This document shows, piece after piece, positions 1 to 8,935 of a stretch of 64,000 nucleotides of DNA. Origin of the DNA: Longimicrobiales bacterium (lineage in GTDB: Bacteria; Gemmatimonadota; Gemmatimonadetes; Longimicrobiales; Gaopeijiaceae). Numbering within the stretch: the stretch's first letter is position 1; the number at the start of each line of letters is the position of its first letter. The DNA lies in NCBI GenBank assembly GCA_965248195.1, contig CBDFIQ010000001.1, forward strand, positions 32,001 to 96,000, read 5' to 3'. Both the position numbers and the translations under genes were made by a program. The notes below the pieces were generated by a model. That model saw only the letters and a list, made by a program, of their open reading frames with translations. It ran no database searches and was not told the DNA's origin.

Positions 1-903
1 CATGATCGAGCCCAGGTGCTCCCCGCCCGCGTTGATGATCAACACTCCACCCCCTGGGCCGGTAAGGTATACGTTCCCCTGTTGATCGACGGCCATGCCG
101 TCGCCCCACGAATCGAAGAAGACGCGACCATTGCCGAGGTTGCCGTCGGGCTCCACGTCGTACGCCATGACGACGGGCTGATTCGCCCCATCCGAGTTGG
201 CCACGTAGAGGACGGATTGGTCGGGTGAGAACGCGATGCCGTTCGGCCGAGAGAGATCGTCGACCTGCAGGGTCAAAGATCCGTCAGCAGCCAACCGGTA
301 CACGCCCTGAAAGTCGAGCTCCTTCGGTTCGTTGCCCCCTTCCAGTCCGTACGGTGGGTCGGTGAAGTACAGATCTCCGTTATTGCGCGGCGCCACGTCG
401 TTGGGCGAATTGAAGCGTTGTCCCCCGTACTCCCCGGCGAGGGTCTCGAAGTTGGACTCGGGTGCGTCCCAGGGAGCGTTCATACGGGCGATGCGCCGAT
501 CACCGTGCTGGGCCAAGACGAGTCTTCCCTGCGCGTCCAGGGCCAGGCCGTTGGATCCGCTCTCCCCTTCCCTGGGCATCTCCCCCGTGTATCCCGCCGG
601 TTGCAGCCAGAGCGACGCCCCTTCGCCCTCGCTCCACCGGTAGACGGCGTTGTTGGGAATGTCCGAGTAGAGGATCGACTGGAGCTCCGGAACCCAAACG
701 GGTCCCTCGACCCATTCGTGGCCCTCGGAGAGAACCTCGATCACAGCGTCCAGGGGAACGATGGCGTCCAACCTCGGATCGAGACGCTCGATGCTACCGG
801 TGGTCGGTAACGGGCCCGAGGTCGCGCCCTCATCAGCCGGCTCGGCGCCCACGCAAGACAGCATCGTCGCCAGCCCGAAAAGGAACGCCAAATGTCTATT
901 CAT
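1..903 (-). CDS. SMP-30/gluconolactonase/LRE family protein (3' end runs off window)
   Basis: Manual translation from ATG at 903: MNRHLAFLFGLATMLSCVGAEP...EGHEWVEGPVW...LYSDIPNNAVYRW; later NSPND and PDGIA motifs. Absent from the ORF track because it lacks a stop in the window. Confidence 0.85.
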   Translation of the reverse strand, partial: MNRHLAFLFGLATMLSCVGAEPADEGATSGPLPTTGSIERLDPRLDAIVPLDAVIEVLSEGHEWVEGPVWVPELQSILYSDIPNNAVYRWSEGEGASLWLQPAGYTGEMPREGESGSNGLALDAQGRLVLAQHGDRRIARMNAPWDAPESNFETLAGEYGGQRFNSPNDVAPRNNGDLYFTDPPYGLEGGNEPKELDFQGVYRLAADGSLTLQVDDLSRPNGIAFSPDQSVLYVANSDGANQPVVMAYDVEPDGNLGNGRVFFDSWGDGMAVDQQGNVYLTGPGGGVLIINAGGEHLGSIM

Positions 904-975
904 CTCGCGAGCCTCCAAAGTCTACCGCGGCGCGAGGAGTCGCCGCTCGTTCTCCCGCACATCTGACAGGAGCCT

Positions 976-1767
976 CTAGCTGTTCGCCGCGCCTCCGCTG
1001 GAGTGCAGCGCAAACGCCGCCCCCTGTGTGTCTATGCACTGTACGACCCGATCCCCGCCCGGTACGTCCATGGGCCCGTTGAGCACCTGGCCACCCAGTG
1101 ACTTCACCGTTTCAGCGGCAGCGTCGACGTCGGGCACCGTGGCGTAGAGGAGCCAATGCGGGGGGGCAGGAATGTTGGGGCCCAGGTTGTACATGCCCCC
1201 CAACTCGTGCCCTCCGCTCCCGTACATCTGGTAGACTCCCATCCCTTCGCCCATGTCCATGGCGTTGGTCTTCTCCCAACCGAAAAGAGCCGAGTAGAAG
1301 TCGAAGCCGGCCTCGTAGTCGGAAGTCGCGAGCTCGTGCCACGAGAACTCGCCGACCTGGGGAGGCCCGTCCCGCCCGGGGGAATCACTAGCGGCCGTGA
1401 ACACAGCGAAGACCGCCCCCTGCGGATCGCTGAGCACGGCCATGCGTCCCACCTCGGGAATGCTCATGGGCTCCACGAGGACCTTGGCCCCCAGCTCCTT
1501 GGCCTGTTCGACGGTGGCGTCCGTGTCCGGGGTGGAGACGTACGCCAGCCAGTGGGGAGGTGCGCCACCGGCCCTGGCCTCTTCGGGAAGGTCCATGATT
1601 CCTCCCACCGGGGCTTCTCCGATGGTGAACATCGTGTAGGCCTGCTCCCCACCCTCCATCTCCTGCGTGTCCCACCCGACAACCCGTTTGTAGAAGTCGA
1701 TGGTGGGGCCTTTGTCCACAGTGAGCATCTCGTACCAGACGAAACGACCGTGAGGCGACTCGGCCAT
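976..1767 (-). CDS. VOC/glyoxalase family protein, two domains
   Basis: MAESPHGRFVWYEM...FYKRVVGW...DPQGAVF, repeated as FSWHELAT...FYSALFGW...DTQGAAF; GGAGGG RBS upstream. Confidence 0.9.
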   Translation of the reverse strand: MAESPHGRFVWYEMLTVDKGPTIDFYKRVVGWDTQEMEGGEQAYTMFTIGEAPVGGIMDLPEEARAGGAPPHWLAYVSTPDTDATVEQAKELGAKVLVEPMSIPEVGRMAVLSDPQGAVFAVFTAASDSPGRDGPPQVGEFSWHELATSDYEAGFDFYSALFGWEKTNAMDMGEGMGVYQMYGSGGHELGGMYNLGPNIPAPPHWLLYATVPDVDAAAETVKSLGGQVLNGPMDVPGGDRVVQCIDTQGAAFALHSSGGAANS

Positions 1768-1962
1768 TGCCACCCTCCCATCCGAAGTAGCAGCCACGGG
1801 TCGGGCCTCGCTGAACAGGCTGACCCGGAAAGGATCTGAAGGTACGGCGTTTGAAGTCAAGCGGAAACGACGCGGCCCATCGAGCGCCGGGTTAGGTACC
1901 ACCCCAGCAGCTAAGCGATGATGTTGTTGGTGCCGAAACAAGTGAGCTCCCACCGCGGATAC

Positions 1963-2277
1963 CTAGCCATCCAACCGACCCCAACGGTCGAAGTCTCGTC
2001 GCTGGTGGAGCACACCCAGAATCGAGACCTCTTCCTCATCGATATGGTACAGGAGCCGGTAGGGGCCGACGAGGAGTTCACGGACCGTTGGGTCGTCCAA
2101 CTCTGGCACGACTCGCCCCCGGTCGGCCATGGAATCAAGCGAGTCTGTCGAGTGGAGGATGTCTTCGAGCAAGCGGATCGCGCCCTCGAGCGATTCGTCC
2201 GCGACGAAGGCTATAGCGGCGTCAAGCTCGCGGCGTGCTCCCTCAGTCCAAACTATCCGGCGGCGCCGAGGACCCAT
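1963..2277 (-). CDS. Type II toxin, RelE/ParE family
   Basis: IVWTEGARREL...GRVVPEL...RELLVGPYRLLY...ILGVLHQRRD. Confidence 0.9.
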   Translation of the reverse strand: MGPRRRRIVWTEGARRELDAAIAFVADESLEGAIRLLEDILHSTDSLDSMADRGRVVPELDDPTVRELLVGPYRLLYHIDEEEVSILGVLHQRRDFDRWGRLDG

Positions 2278-2450
2278 TTACGCCGGAGTTCCTCGGCAAC
2301 CTGCTCATGAGGAATTGTCCTACCCGCCTCCGCGTCCGCCAAGCCGCGGTCCACGGCCTGCAGCACATAAAGGTGGTAGAGCACCTCATCGAGGGAGCAG
2401 TCGTCCGGTAGGCGGTCCAATACTTCCTGGACCCTCTCCTTTGTTGTCAC
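2253..2450 (-). CDS. Antitoxin of the RelE/ParE pair
   Basis: MTTKERVQEVLDRLPDDCSLDEVLYHLYV...RGLADAEAGRTIPHEQV; overlaps the toxin start. Confidence 0.85.
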   Translation of the reverse strand: MTTKERVQEVLDRLPDDCSLDEVLYHLYVLQAVDRGLADAEAGRTIPHEQVAEELRRKWVLGAAG

Positions 2451-2572
2451 ACTACCTCCTCAGCTCTTCCGACGGAAACGCATGGGCCATACACTAAAGA
2501 TAGGCTCGGGGTCGACTACCGCCATGTCCATCTGGGACTGAACTCAGCCCAAAGCGGGCACCCTGAAACGCA

Positions 2573-2666
2573 CCCTAACGTCTCTGCGATTTGCTGCGCG
2601 TCCAAGATGCTCTCCGCGAGCGTAGCGCACGACCCTAATGCCTACCGCGACTGCAACAATCGCTTG
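2573..2666 (-). repeat. attC site, truncated at its R'' box by an IS110 insertion
   Basis: ccctaacgtctctgcgatttgctgcgcgtccaagatg...gcctaccgcgactgcaacaatcgcttg aligns with the attCs at 15810-15911 and 13654/15213, but the expected ttag/ttgg is replaced by IS sequence. Confidence 0.75.
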
Positions 2667-2769
2667 ATTCTACCAAGAAGGACCTGCCGGCCGCACCATG
2701 CGGCAACCCCAACCGGGAGGTCCGATGCTCTACACGGGAATCGATCTACACAAGCGCACGGTCGTGATC

Positions 2770-4145
2770 GGTAGTGTCCCTAGATTTGTGTAAAAGCGGA
2801 TAAGCTGGACAGGAGGGAAAGAAAAACGGAAGCTCCTCTGTTGTTGTTCACTGTCACATGAACCCGGGAGTCCGGGTCTGCAGAGCAGGCTCGGAACCGG
2901 AGAGGAGCTTCCGATGCAAGAGATTGTGGAGATCGGTCGGGCCACGCAAGACGAGCTACGCGATGATTTGCGCGAGCTGTTTCAAGGCGCGATCCGGCTG
3001 ACGCTCGAGATGGTGCTGGAAGAGGAGCTGAAGGCCATGGTAGGTGCACGCCGCTTCGAGCGGGTGGGAAGCCGGAAGGACCATAGGAACGGCACATACC
3101 TGAGGCGGCTGCTGACGAGCCTGGGGCAGATCGAGGTCGCCATGCCCCGGAGCCGGGACAACGGTTCGCCGGCCGACGTGATCGGCCGCTACCAGCGCAG
3201 GAGCCCCGAGCTCGACGAGATGATGGTCGAGGCGTATGTGAGCGGCGTGTCACAGCGCAAGATGGGCGACGTCACCGAGGCGCTGATGGGCGAGCGTGTT
3301 GGGCGCTCGACGGTGAGTCGTGTGGCAAAACGGCTCGACGAGGCCGTGGAAGGGCTGCGCCGTGCGCCGATCGAGGGGCCTCACCCCTATCTGTACCTGG
3401 ACGCCACGTTCTTGGACGCCCGCTGGGCCCGCAAAGTCGAGAACGTGAGTGCGCTCGTGGCGTATGCAGTGGGCCCTGAGGGTCACCGACGGCTCCTGGC
3501 CGTCACGCTGGGCGCTGAGGAGTCGCAGCAGAGCTGGTCGGAGCTCCTCGAGCAACTCCAGGACCGCGGCCTCGGCGGTGTCGAGCTCGTGATCGCCGAT
3601 GAGCACGCAGGCCTGGCAGCTGCGGTCCGCCGCTTCCTGCCCGAGGCACGCCGTCAGAGGTGTACGGTCCATCTGCAGCGTAATGTGGGGGCGAGGGTCC
3701 CCCACCGCCTACGCAAGCGCGTGGCGCGTGAGGTCTCGGTGATCTTCCAGACATCCGGACTCGCCGAGGCGAAGAAGCTCCTGGGCGAGTTCGGCGCACG
3801 CTGGAAGAAGGAGCTGCCCGAGGCCGTGGAGGTCCTGGAGCGGGGCTTCGGGGCAGCGACGCAGTTCTACGCGTTCCCCGAGGCGCACTGGCCCCGGCTG
3901 CGTACCACCAACAGCCTCGAGCGGCTGCACGGCGAGATCAAACGCAGGATCAAGGCCGCCGGCGCCTTCCCGGACCGGGCCAGCGCCCTCAGGCTCATCA
4001 CGGCCGTCGCACTCAGGACCACACACGTCTGGGGCGACCGGCGTTACCTCGACCTCTCACTCCTCCAGAAACAGGAGGTCGCCCAAGCAGCCTAGCCGAA
4101 GGCGAGGAGCTTCCTCCGCTTTTACACACAAATCGGGACTTGACC
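2770..4145 (+). mobile_element. IS256-family element, copy 1 (1376 bp)
   Basis: Ends GGTAGTGTCCCTAGATTTGTGTAAAAGCGGA and TCCGCTTTTACACACAAATCGGGACTTGACC; flanks gtcgtgatc / ctcgtgatc. Confidence 0.95.
2914..4095 (+). CDS. IS256 family transposase
   Basis: RNGTYLRRL, YLYLDAT, VIADEHAGL, QRCTVH, RTTNSLERLHGEIKRR, FP motifs. Confidence 0.95.
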   Translation: MQEIVEIGRATQDELRDDLRELFQGAIRLTLEMVLEEELKAMVGARRFERVGSRKDHRNGTYLRRLLTSLGQIEVAMPRSRDNGSPADVIGRYQRRSPELDEMMVEAYVSGVSQRKMGDVTEALMGERVGRSTVSRVAKRLDEAVEGLRRAPIEGPHPYLYLDATFLDARWARKVENVSALVAYAVGPEGHRRLLAVTLGAEESQQSWSELLEQLQDRGLGGVELVIADEHAGLAAAVRRFLPEARRQRCTVHLQRNVGARVPHRLRKRVAREVSVIFQTSGLAEAKKLLGEFGARWKKELPEAVEVLERGFGAATQFYAFPEAHWPRLRTTNSLERLHGEIKRRIKAAGAFPDRASALRLITAVALRTTHVWGDRRYLDLSLLQKQEVAQAA

Positions 4146-4694
4146 CTCGTGATCGCCACTGTTGATGAGACGGGTAAGGTTCATTCGGAGGCCTCGCTTC
4201 CGACTTCTCGGTCGGCCGTGGCCCGCTACTTCCACTGGTTGCCGGAACCCACGGTGGCGACGGTGGAAGCGACGTCGTCCTGGTACTGGCTGCGCGACTT
4301 GTTCGAGCAGCAGGACGTGCCTCTGACGCTGGCGCATGCCAAGTTCGTGAAGGCCATCGCCTACGCCAAAGTGAAGACGGATGCGGTCGATGCGTTGACA
4401 CTGGCGCAGCTACACCGAGCCGACCTGATCCCACGGGCCCACATGGTCAGTCCCGAGCTCCGACCTCTCCGTGCCTTGCTGCGCACGAGACTGCACCTGG
4501 TGGAGAAGCGGACCAGTGCGAAGAACTCGGTCCAACGGCTGCTGGAGCAGTACAATGTGCCCGAACCCCATCGGCTACCGGACGAGGCCACGCTTCAGGC
4601 GTCGCTCTATGCGGAGCAGATCGAGTTGCTGGGTGATCAGATCCATCGTATCGAGCAGCAGCTCCAGCCCGAACTCATCCCCAACCCCAATACG

Positions 4695-4728
4695 TAGCCC
4701 GTGTTGCACTTCAAAGTTGATCCTGAGT
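4695..4728 (+). repeat. IS30-like right-end sequence, direct repeat of 7144-7177
   Basis: tagcccgtgttgcacttcaaagttgatcctgagt versus tagctcgtgttgcacttcaaagttgatgctgagt (32/34). Confidence 0.7.
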
Positions 4729-4813
4729 CCGCTCCTGAAGTCCTCGCTGGCGATCACGCGCCCCCGCTGAAGGAAATTTTTCTCTGACCCCGATTTCTCT
4801 AAGGCCTGTTCGT

Positions 4814-6466
4814 TCAGCTATCGAAGTGTGAGTGGAAATCGGCGATCGAATCGATCCCCCCGTGTCCCCCCGCGATCCACTCCACGTCCCAGTCAAACGT
4901 CGGGAGCGTTTCCCTCAAGCCCTGGCTCCACTCGCCGAAGGGCTCCGGTAGCGGCTGCCCCACCGGAAACACGGCGGGCATGTAGATGTCGCTCACGAAG
5001 AGCAGCCGAGTCTCCGGCACGTGAACGACCAGGAGGTCCTCATTGTGGATCGTCGGCACGTGCCGGGCCTTTACGGTCCGCCCGCCCCCTTCGAGGCTGA
5101 ACTCCTCGTCCGGCGCCACCGCTTCGATGTGCCACTCGGGGCTCTCCACTCCGGCGAGTTCGTCCGCCACCAAGGTGTGGGGAGAGGACAGCGCCGCCTC
5201 CACGTAGGCGCGGTTCAGGGCACTGGTCACGATCGTGGCACCCCGTGCCGCGTAGGTTCGAATGCCCCCCATATGGTCGTAATGGTGGTGTGTGAGGATC
5301 AGGTGAGTAACCGGAAGCCCCGGCCACAACTCTTCCACCTTGGCCAGCACCGCCTTTGAGCGGGCCTCATTGAGCGGCGGTTCGACCACGGCAACGCCAT
5401 CGCCGAGCCTGATCGCCAGTGAGTTGTGGGTTCCCCCAGTCAGATGGTAGATCTCGGAGTCGCCGGCCACCGCTGTGGCAGCGACGAACGTTTGATCGTC
5501 ATCGGCAGGCACCCCAATGGCGTGCCAGCGGGTGTGGTATTGGGCATTCAGCGCCCCGCGCTGGGCCGCCGCCGGGTCGACTTGGGTGCGCGGCTCCTCT
5601 GGGAGGGCAAAGGCGTCGTCTGCGAACTCCGGGTTGACGACGACGTCGGTCCGGCTTTCCGCGTGCAGGGTCTGGCCGGAGACCGCCAGCTCGACCCGGT
5701 GGGGAAACTGCAAGGGGCTGCCCTCGGGCGAGGACCAGTCTCCGTAGGAAACCTCGATCTCCACATCACCCCCGATGTGGTCGTTCTGGAGGGTCTTGAG
5801 CATCGCTACCCGCCCGCTTTCCGCGTCGACGATCAGCTCCACCGGATACGACGGGTCAGCCACCTCGATCACGTGGTGGGTCCGCCCGTCGTGCTCCACG
5901 TCGGCCTTGATCGTGGCCGCGCCCTCGGTCAAGGCCGCCGTGCGGAGGTAGAGCAGCGGATTCAGAAGGCGGAATTCTCGCCGAACCGCGGCGTTGCGCC
6001 CGGAAGTGAGCGCCCGGTCCGTGGACGCATCCGGCGGGTTGAGGACGTTGTCGTCTCCGGTCTGGTAGCCGAGATCTCCGTCGATAACGTCCTTGTAGGC
6101 GAGCGCACCACGGAGCGGGTCGAAGATCTGCCGCCGCCAATCGAAGCTCCACCGGTCGTTCTCGACGTCACACAGAAGCGAGAGATCGAACGAGCTGGCG
6201 CGGATGGGGTCGGTTTCGGGGTTGAGACCCTGAGCGGCCTCGAAGCGCTCGCCGGCCGACTCGTACCCGAAGCCCCGGAGCTCAAGGAGAACCTCTTGGC
6301 CGCCTACCGCGTCGAATGCCTTCTGTAGGGGGTCCGGACGCCCGGTACAGCCACCGATCGCCGTCAGGCAAAGCGTCAACATCAGAGCCGAAACGAAGAG
6401 CGGAGCACGAATCAGACCTTGCGCTCCTGTCCGGCGGAACACTTGGTGCAAGTTGCTCTCGTTCAT
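4814..6466 (-). CDS. Exported MBL-fold metallo-hydrolase (probable lipoprotein)
   Basis: THHHYDHMGG motif, H...D and GHG motifs; hydrophobic N-terminus ending IGGC. Confidence 0.85.
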   Translation of the reverse strand: MNESNLHQVFRRTGAQGLIRAPLFVSALMLTLCLTAIGGCTGRPDPLQKAFDAVGGQEVLLELRGFGYESAGERFEAAQGLNPETDPIRASSFDLSLLCDVENDRWSFDWRRQIFDPLRGALAYKDVIDGDLGYQTGDDNVLNPPDASTDRALTSGRNAAVRREFRLLNPLLYLRTAALTEGAATIKADVEHDGRTHHVIEVADPSYPVELIVDAESGRVAMLKTLQNDHIGGDVEIEVSYGDWSSPEGSPLQFPHRVELAVSGQTLHAESRTDVVVNPEFADDAFALPEEPRTQVDPAAAQRGALNAQYHTRWHAIGVPADDDQTFVAATAVAGDSEIYHLTGGTHNSLAIRLGDGVAVVEPPLNEARSKAVLAKVEELWPGLPVTHLILTHHHYDHMGGIRTYAARGATIVTSALNRAYVEAALSSPHTLVADELAGVESPEWHIEAVAPDEEFSLEGGGRTVKARHVPTIHNEDLLVVHVPETRLLFVSDIYMPAVFPVGQPLPEPFGEWSQGLRETLPTFDWDVEWIAGGHGGIDSIADFHSHFDS

Positions 6467-6947
6467 GACGTCCTCCTCGGTGCGGTTGTTGCCTGGTGTG
6501 TACAATCAGAAGGCTGCTGTTGGAAATTCACGTGGGATTCACGTGTGCACTCTCGACGGTCTTCTAGGAAAATGGGGACAGACTTATTTTCTTACTGCCT
6601 GCCATTGCGAGCATAACGCGTTGTCGGAGTGCACGCCATCGGTTTGCTGCCGTCAGGAACCTCGCGATGCCTACGTGTTGATCGAGGGCAAACTGGGGAA
6701 CTAACGGCTGGTGGGATGAAGCCAAGAGCTTTGCGGGTCATGTTACCGATGCGCTCGGTAGAACAACCGCTCGTTTCGATCCTGAAGCGCCCGCAGCGCG
6801 ATACCCGGCGGCGTTTGATTCTAGGTTTCGTTCTGTGCGGTGACAAACTTCGGGTTCATCGCGAACGACGTGGTCACCACCGAAGAGGCCGTGGAGGCGA
6901 TGGAACAGTCCGGAAGCGAGAACTGACCCCTATTTGGACAGGATTTG

Positions 6948-7077
6948 GGGTGACCTCGCGATCGAGGTGGGCTGGACCCACCTGGCTCAGGTACAGGAGG
7001 AGATCCTGCGCGTATGCGAAGCCGCCCATGTTCCGGTCGTGTGGGCCACCCAGGTATTGGAGGGACTCGCCAAGAAC
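6948..7077 (+). pseudogene. Pyruvate kinase internal fragment
   Basis: [42 protein letters not shown] matches the pyruvate kinase barrel motif; no N- or C-terminus. Confidence 0.7.
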
Positions 7078-7177
7078 CGACTCCTGACCCGACCCAGGAA
7101 GCGTTTAGGCTACCGCACCCCCGAGGAATGTTATGGACACATTTAGCTCGTGTTGCACTTCAAAGTTGATGCTGAGT
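7078..7177 (+). mobile_element. IS30-family 3' remnant (transposase C-terminus plus end)
   Basis: [13 protein letters not shown] followed by gtgttgcacttcaaagttga. Confidence 0.75.
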
Positions 7178-7197
7178 GGCGCCAGGCCACAAAGACA

Positions 7198-7230
7198 ACG
7201 GGCCGCCCCGACAAACTCGGGACGGCCCGC
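7198..7230. terminator. Hairpin downstream of the cold-shock gene
   Basis: cgggccgccccg-acaaact-cgggacggcccg stem, followed on the minus strand by TTGTCTTTGT. Confidence 0.6.
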
Positions 7231-7253
7231 AGGTTTCGATCAGTTAGTCTGAT

Positions 7254-7460
7254 CTAGAGCGCGACAACGTTCTCCGCCGCCGGCCCTTTTTCTCCCTGCA
7301 CCACGTCGAACTCCACTTGAGCTCCCTCAGCGAGGGTCTTGAAGCCCTCCGCCTGAATCGAGTTGTGGTGGACGAAACAATCGTTGCTTCCGTCGTCCGG
7401 CGTGATGAAGCCGAAACCCTTTTGGTCGTTAAACCACTTCACTGTTCCCTTGGTACGCAT
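7254..7460 (-). CDS. csp: Cold-shock protein
   Basis: [16 protein letters not shown]...CFVHHNSI...GFKTL...KGPAAENV. Confidence 0.97.
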   Translation of the reverse strand: MRTKGTVKWFNDQKGFGFITPDDGSNDCFVHHNSIQAEGFKTLAEGAQVEFDVVQGEKGPAAENVVAL

Positions 7461-7563
7461 CTATGCGCTCCTTGGTTGTGCGAGTCGGAGCTACGATGAC
7501 ACGTACATCCCGACTGCCTGACATGCGCGGAACGTCCGCGCGGTGTGTGACCGTCCTGGTCAC

Positions 7564-7609
7564 AAAAAAAAGAGGGGGTCGGTCTCCAAGAACGAAACCG
7601 CCGCCCCCA
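7564..7609 (-). terminator. Intrinsic terminator-like hairpin with a U8 tract, upstream of csp
   Basis: Minus strand GGGGGCGGCGGTTTC...GAGACCGACCCCCTC followed by TTTTTTTT. Confidence 0.55.
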
Positions 7610-7746
7610 TCAGAGTCTGTGCACCCCTTTCGGGGCTGACCCATGATGCTCGCGGAGTCTGATGACGCTGTCAACTGGCAACAGCCCAAGGATGAGGCGC
7701 CATCTTGTATGTCGACGAATCGACATGTTCGGAGACAGAATAAGGT

Positions 7747-7772
7747 GCGACAGTAGCAATCGCTTGTTAGAA
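7747..7772 (-). repeat. attC half site (R''-L'' arm only)
   Basis: gcgacagtagcaatcgcttgtt is identical to 15886-15907; the partner arm is missing. Confidence 0.7.
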
Positions 7773-8935
7773 CGCGCTGCGGTACGCTGACCCATGATAG
7801 GTAACACTTTGCTGAACCATGATGGGTGACAGTCTCAGATCCTAACATGGGCCTCCACAAGGAGGCGCCATGCCATGGTTGGAGACCGATCCCATGAACG
7901 AACGAAAGCGATTCATTCTCGAAGCTGCCGCCGGCCTGTTCTCGCACACGGAGCTCTGCCTGCGTCACGGCGTCAGCCGTAAGACCGGCTACAAGTGGCT
8001 CGAACGCTACGAGTCTGAGGGACCCGACGGCCTCGGAGATCGCCCTCATCGTGTCCGGGCGCATCCACACACCACCGAGCCACACGTAGTCGATGCCGCC
8101 TTGGAACTCCGCGGACAGCGGCGACGCTGGGGTGCCGACAAGATCCGCGCTCGGCTGCTGACTCTGCACCCTGACTGGAGTGTCCCCTCCGCCCGCATCC
8201 TCCACAAGTACTTCCTCCGCGGGGGACTCGTGAAGAAGCCGCGCAGGAGTCGTAGGCGTCCGCATCCAGGCAAGCCCACAGCTCCCTTCGACGCACCCAA
8301 CGCCATCTGGTCGGCTGACTTCAAGGGTCAGTTCAAGACCCTCGACGGTTGTTACTGCTACCCACTCACCGTCCAGGATGGCTTCAGTCGTTATCTGCTC
8401 GCCTGCCAGGGGCTCGAGGGCACCACCTACTCCGCCTCCCGTCGCGTCTTTACTCGCCTTTTCCGTGAGTTCGGCCTGCCCCAGCGCATCCGCACCGACA
8501 ACGGGACACCCTTCGCTTCCATTGCTCTCGGCCGCCTCTCCCGACTCTCCGTCTGGTGGATCAAGCTCGGTATCCTGCCCGACCTCATCGAGCCCGCCTC
8601 ACCCCAACAGAACGGCCGTCACGAACGCATGCACAAAGACCTCAAGGCCGAGGCCACCATCCCGCCTGCCGGAAACCGTTCCGCCCAGCAGAAGCGCTTC
8701 AACTTCTTCCGCACCGACTTCAACCAGATCCGTCCTCACGAAGCCCTAGGCCAGAAGCCGCCTGCTTCCGCATATCAACCCTCCACCCGCTCGTTCCCGA
8801 CGAAGCTGAGCACACCCGACTACCCTGCTCACTTCGAAGTCCGCAAAGTCTCAACAAACGGAGGTATCCGATGGCACTCCGTCTGGATCAACGTCTCTCA
8901 CCTGCTCGGTGGAGACTACATCGGTCTCGAAGAGA

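Larger units (their letters stand above)
2667..4697 (+). pseudogene. IS110/IS1111-family element remnant; transposase from ATG 2725, interrupted by IS256 and 3'-truncated
   Basis: MLYTGIDLHKRTVVI (2725-2769) continues after the IS256 as ATVDETG...VEATSSWYW...KVKTDAVDA (DEDD RuvC-like N-domain); stops at 4697 next to an IS30-end sequence. Confidence 0.85.

Noticed and set aside
2780..3253. Recurrent antisense ORFs (157, 151, 105 and 98 aa) in each IS256 copy
   Set aside because: Shadow frames of the GC-rich transposase; they recur only because the IS is repeated.
6618..6720. GCATAAC and AACTAAC boxes as additional attC arms
   Set aside because: No complementary partner arm or family similarity could be found.
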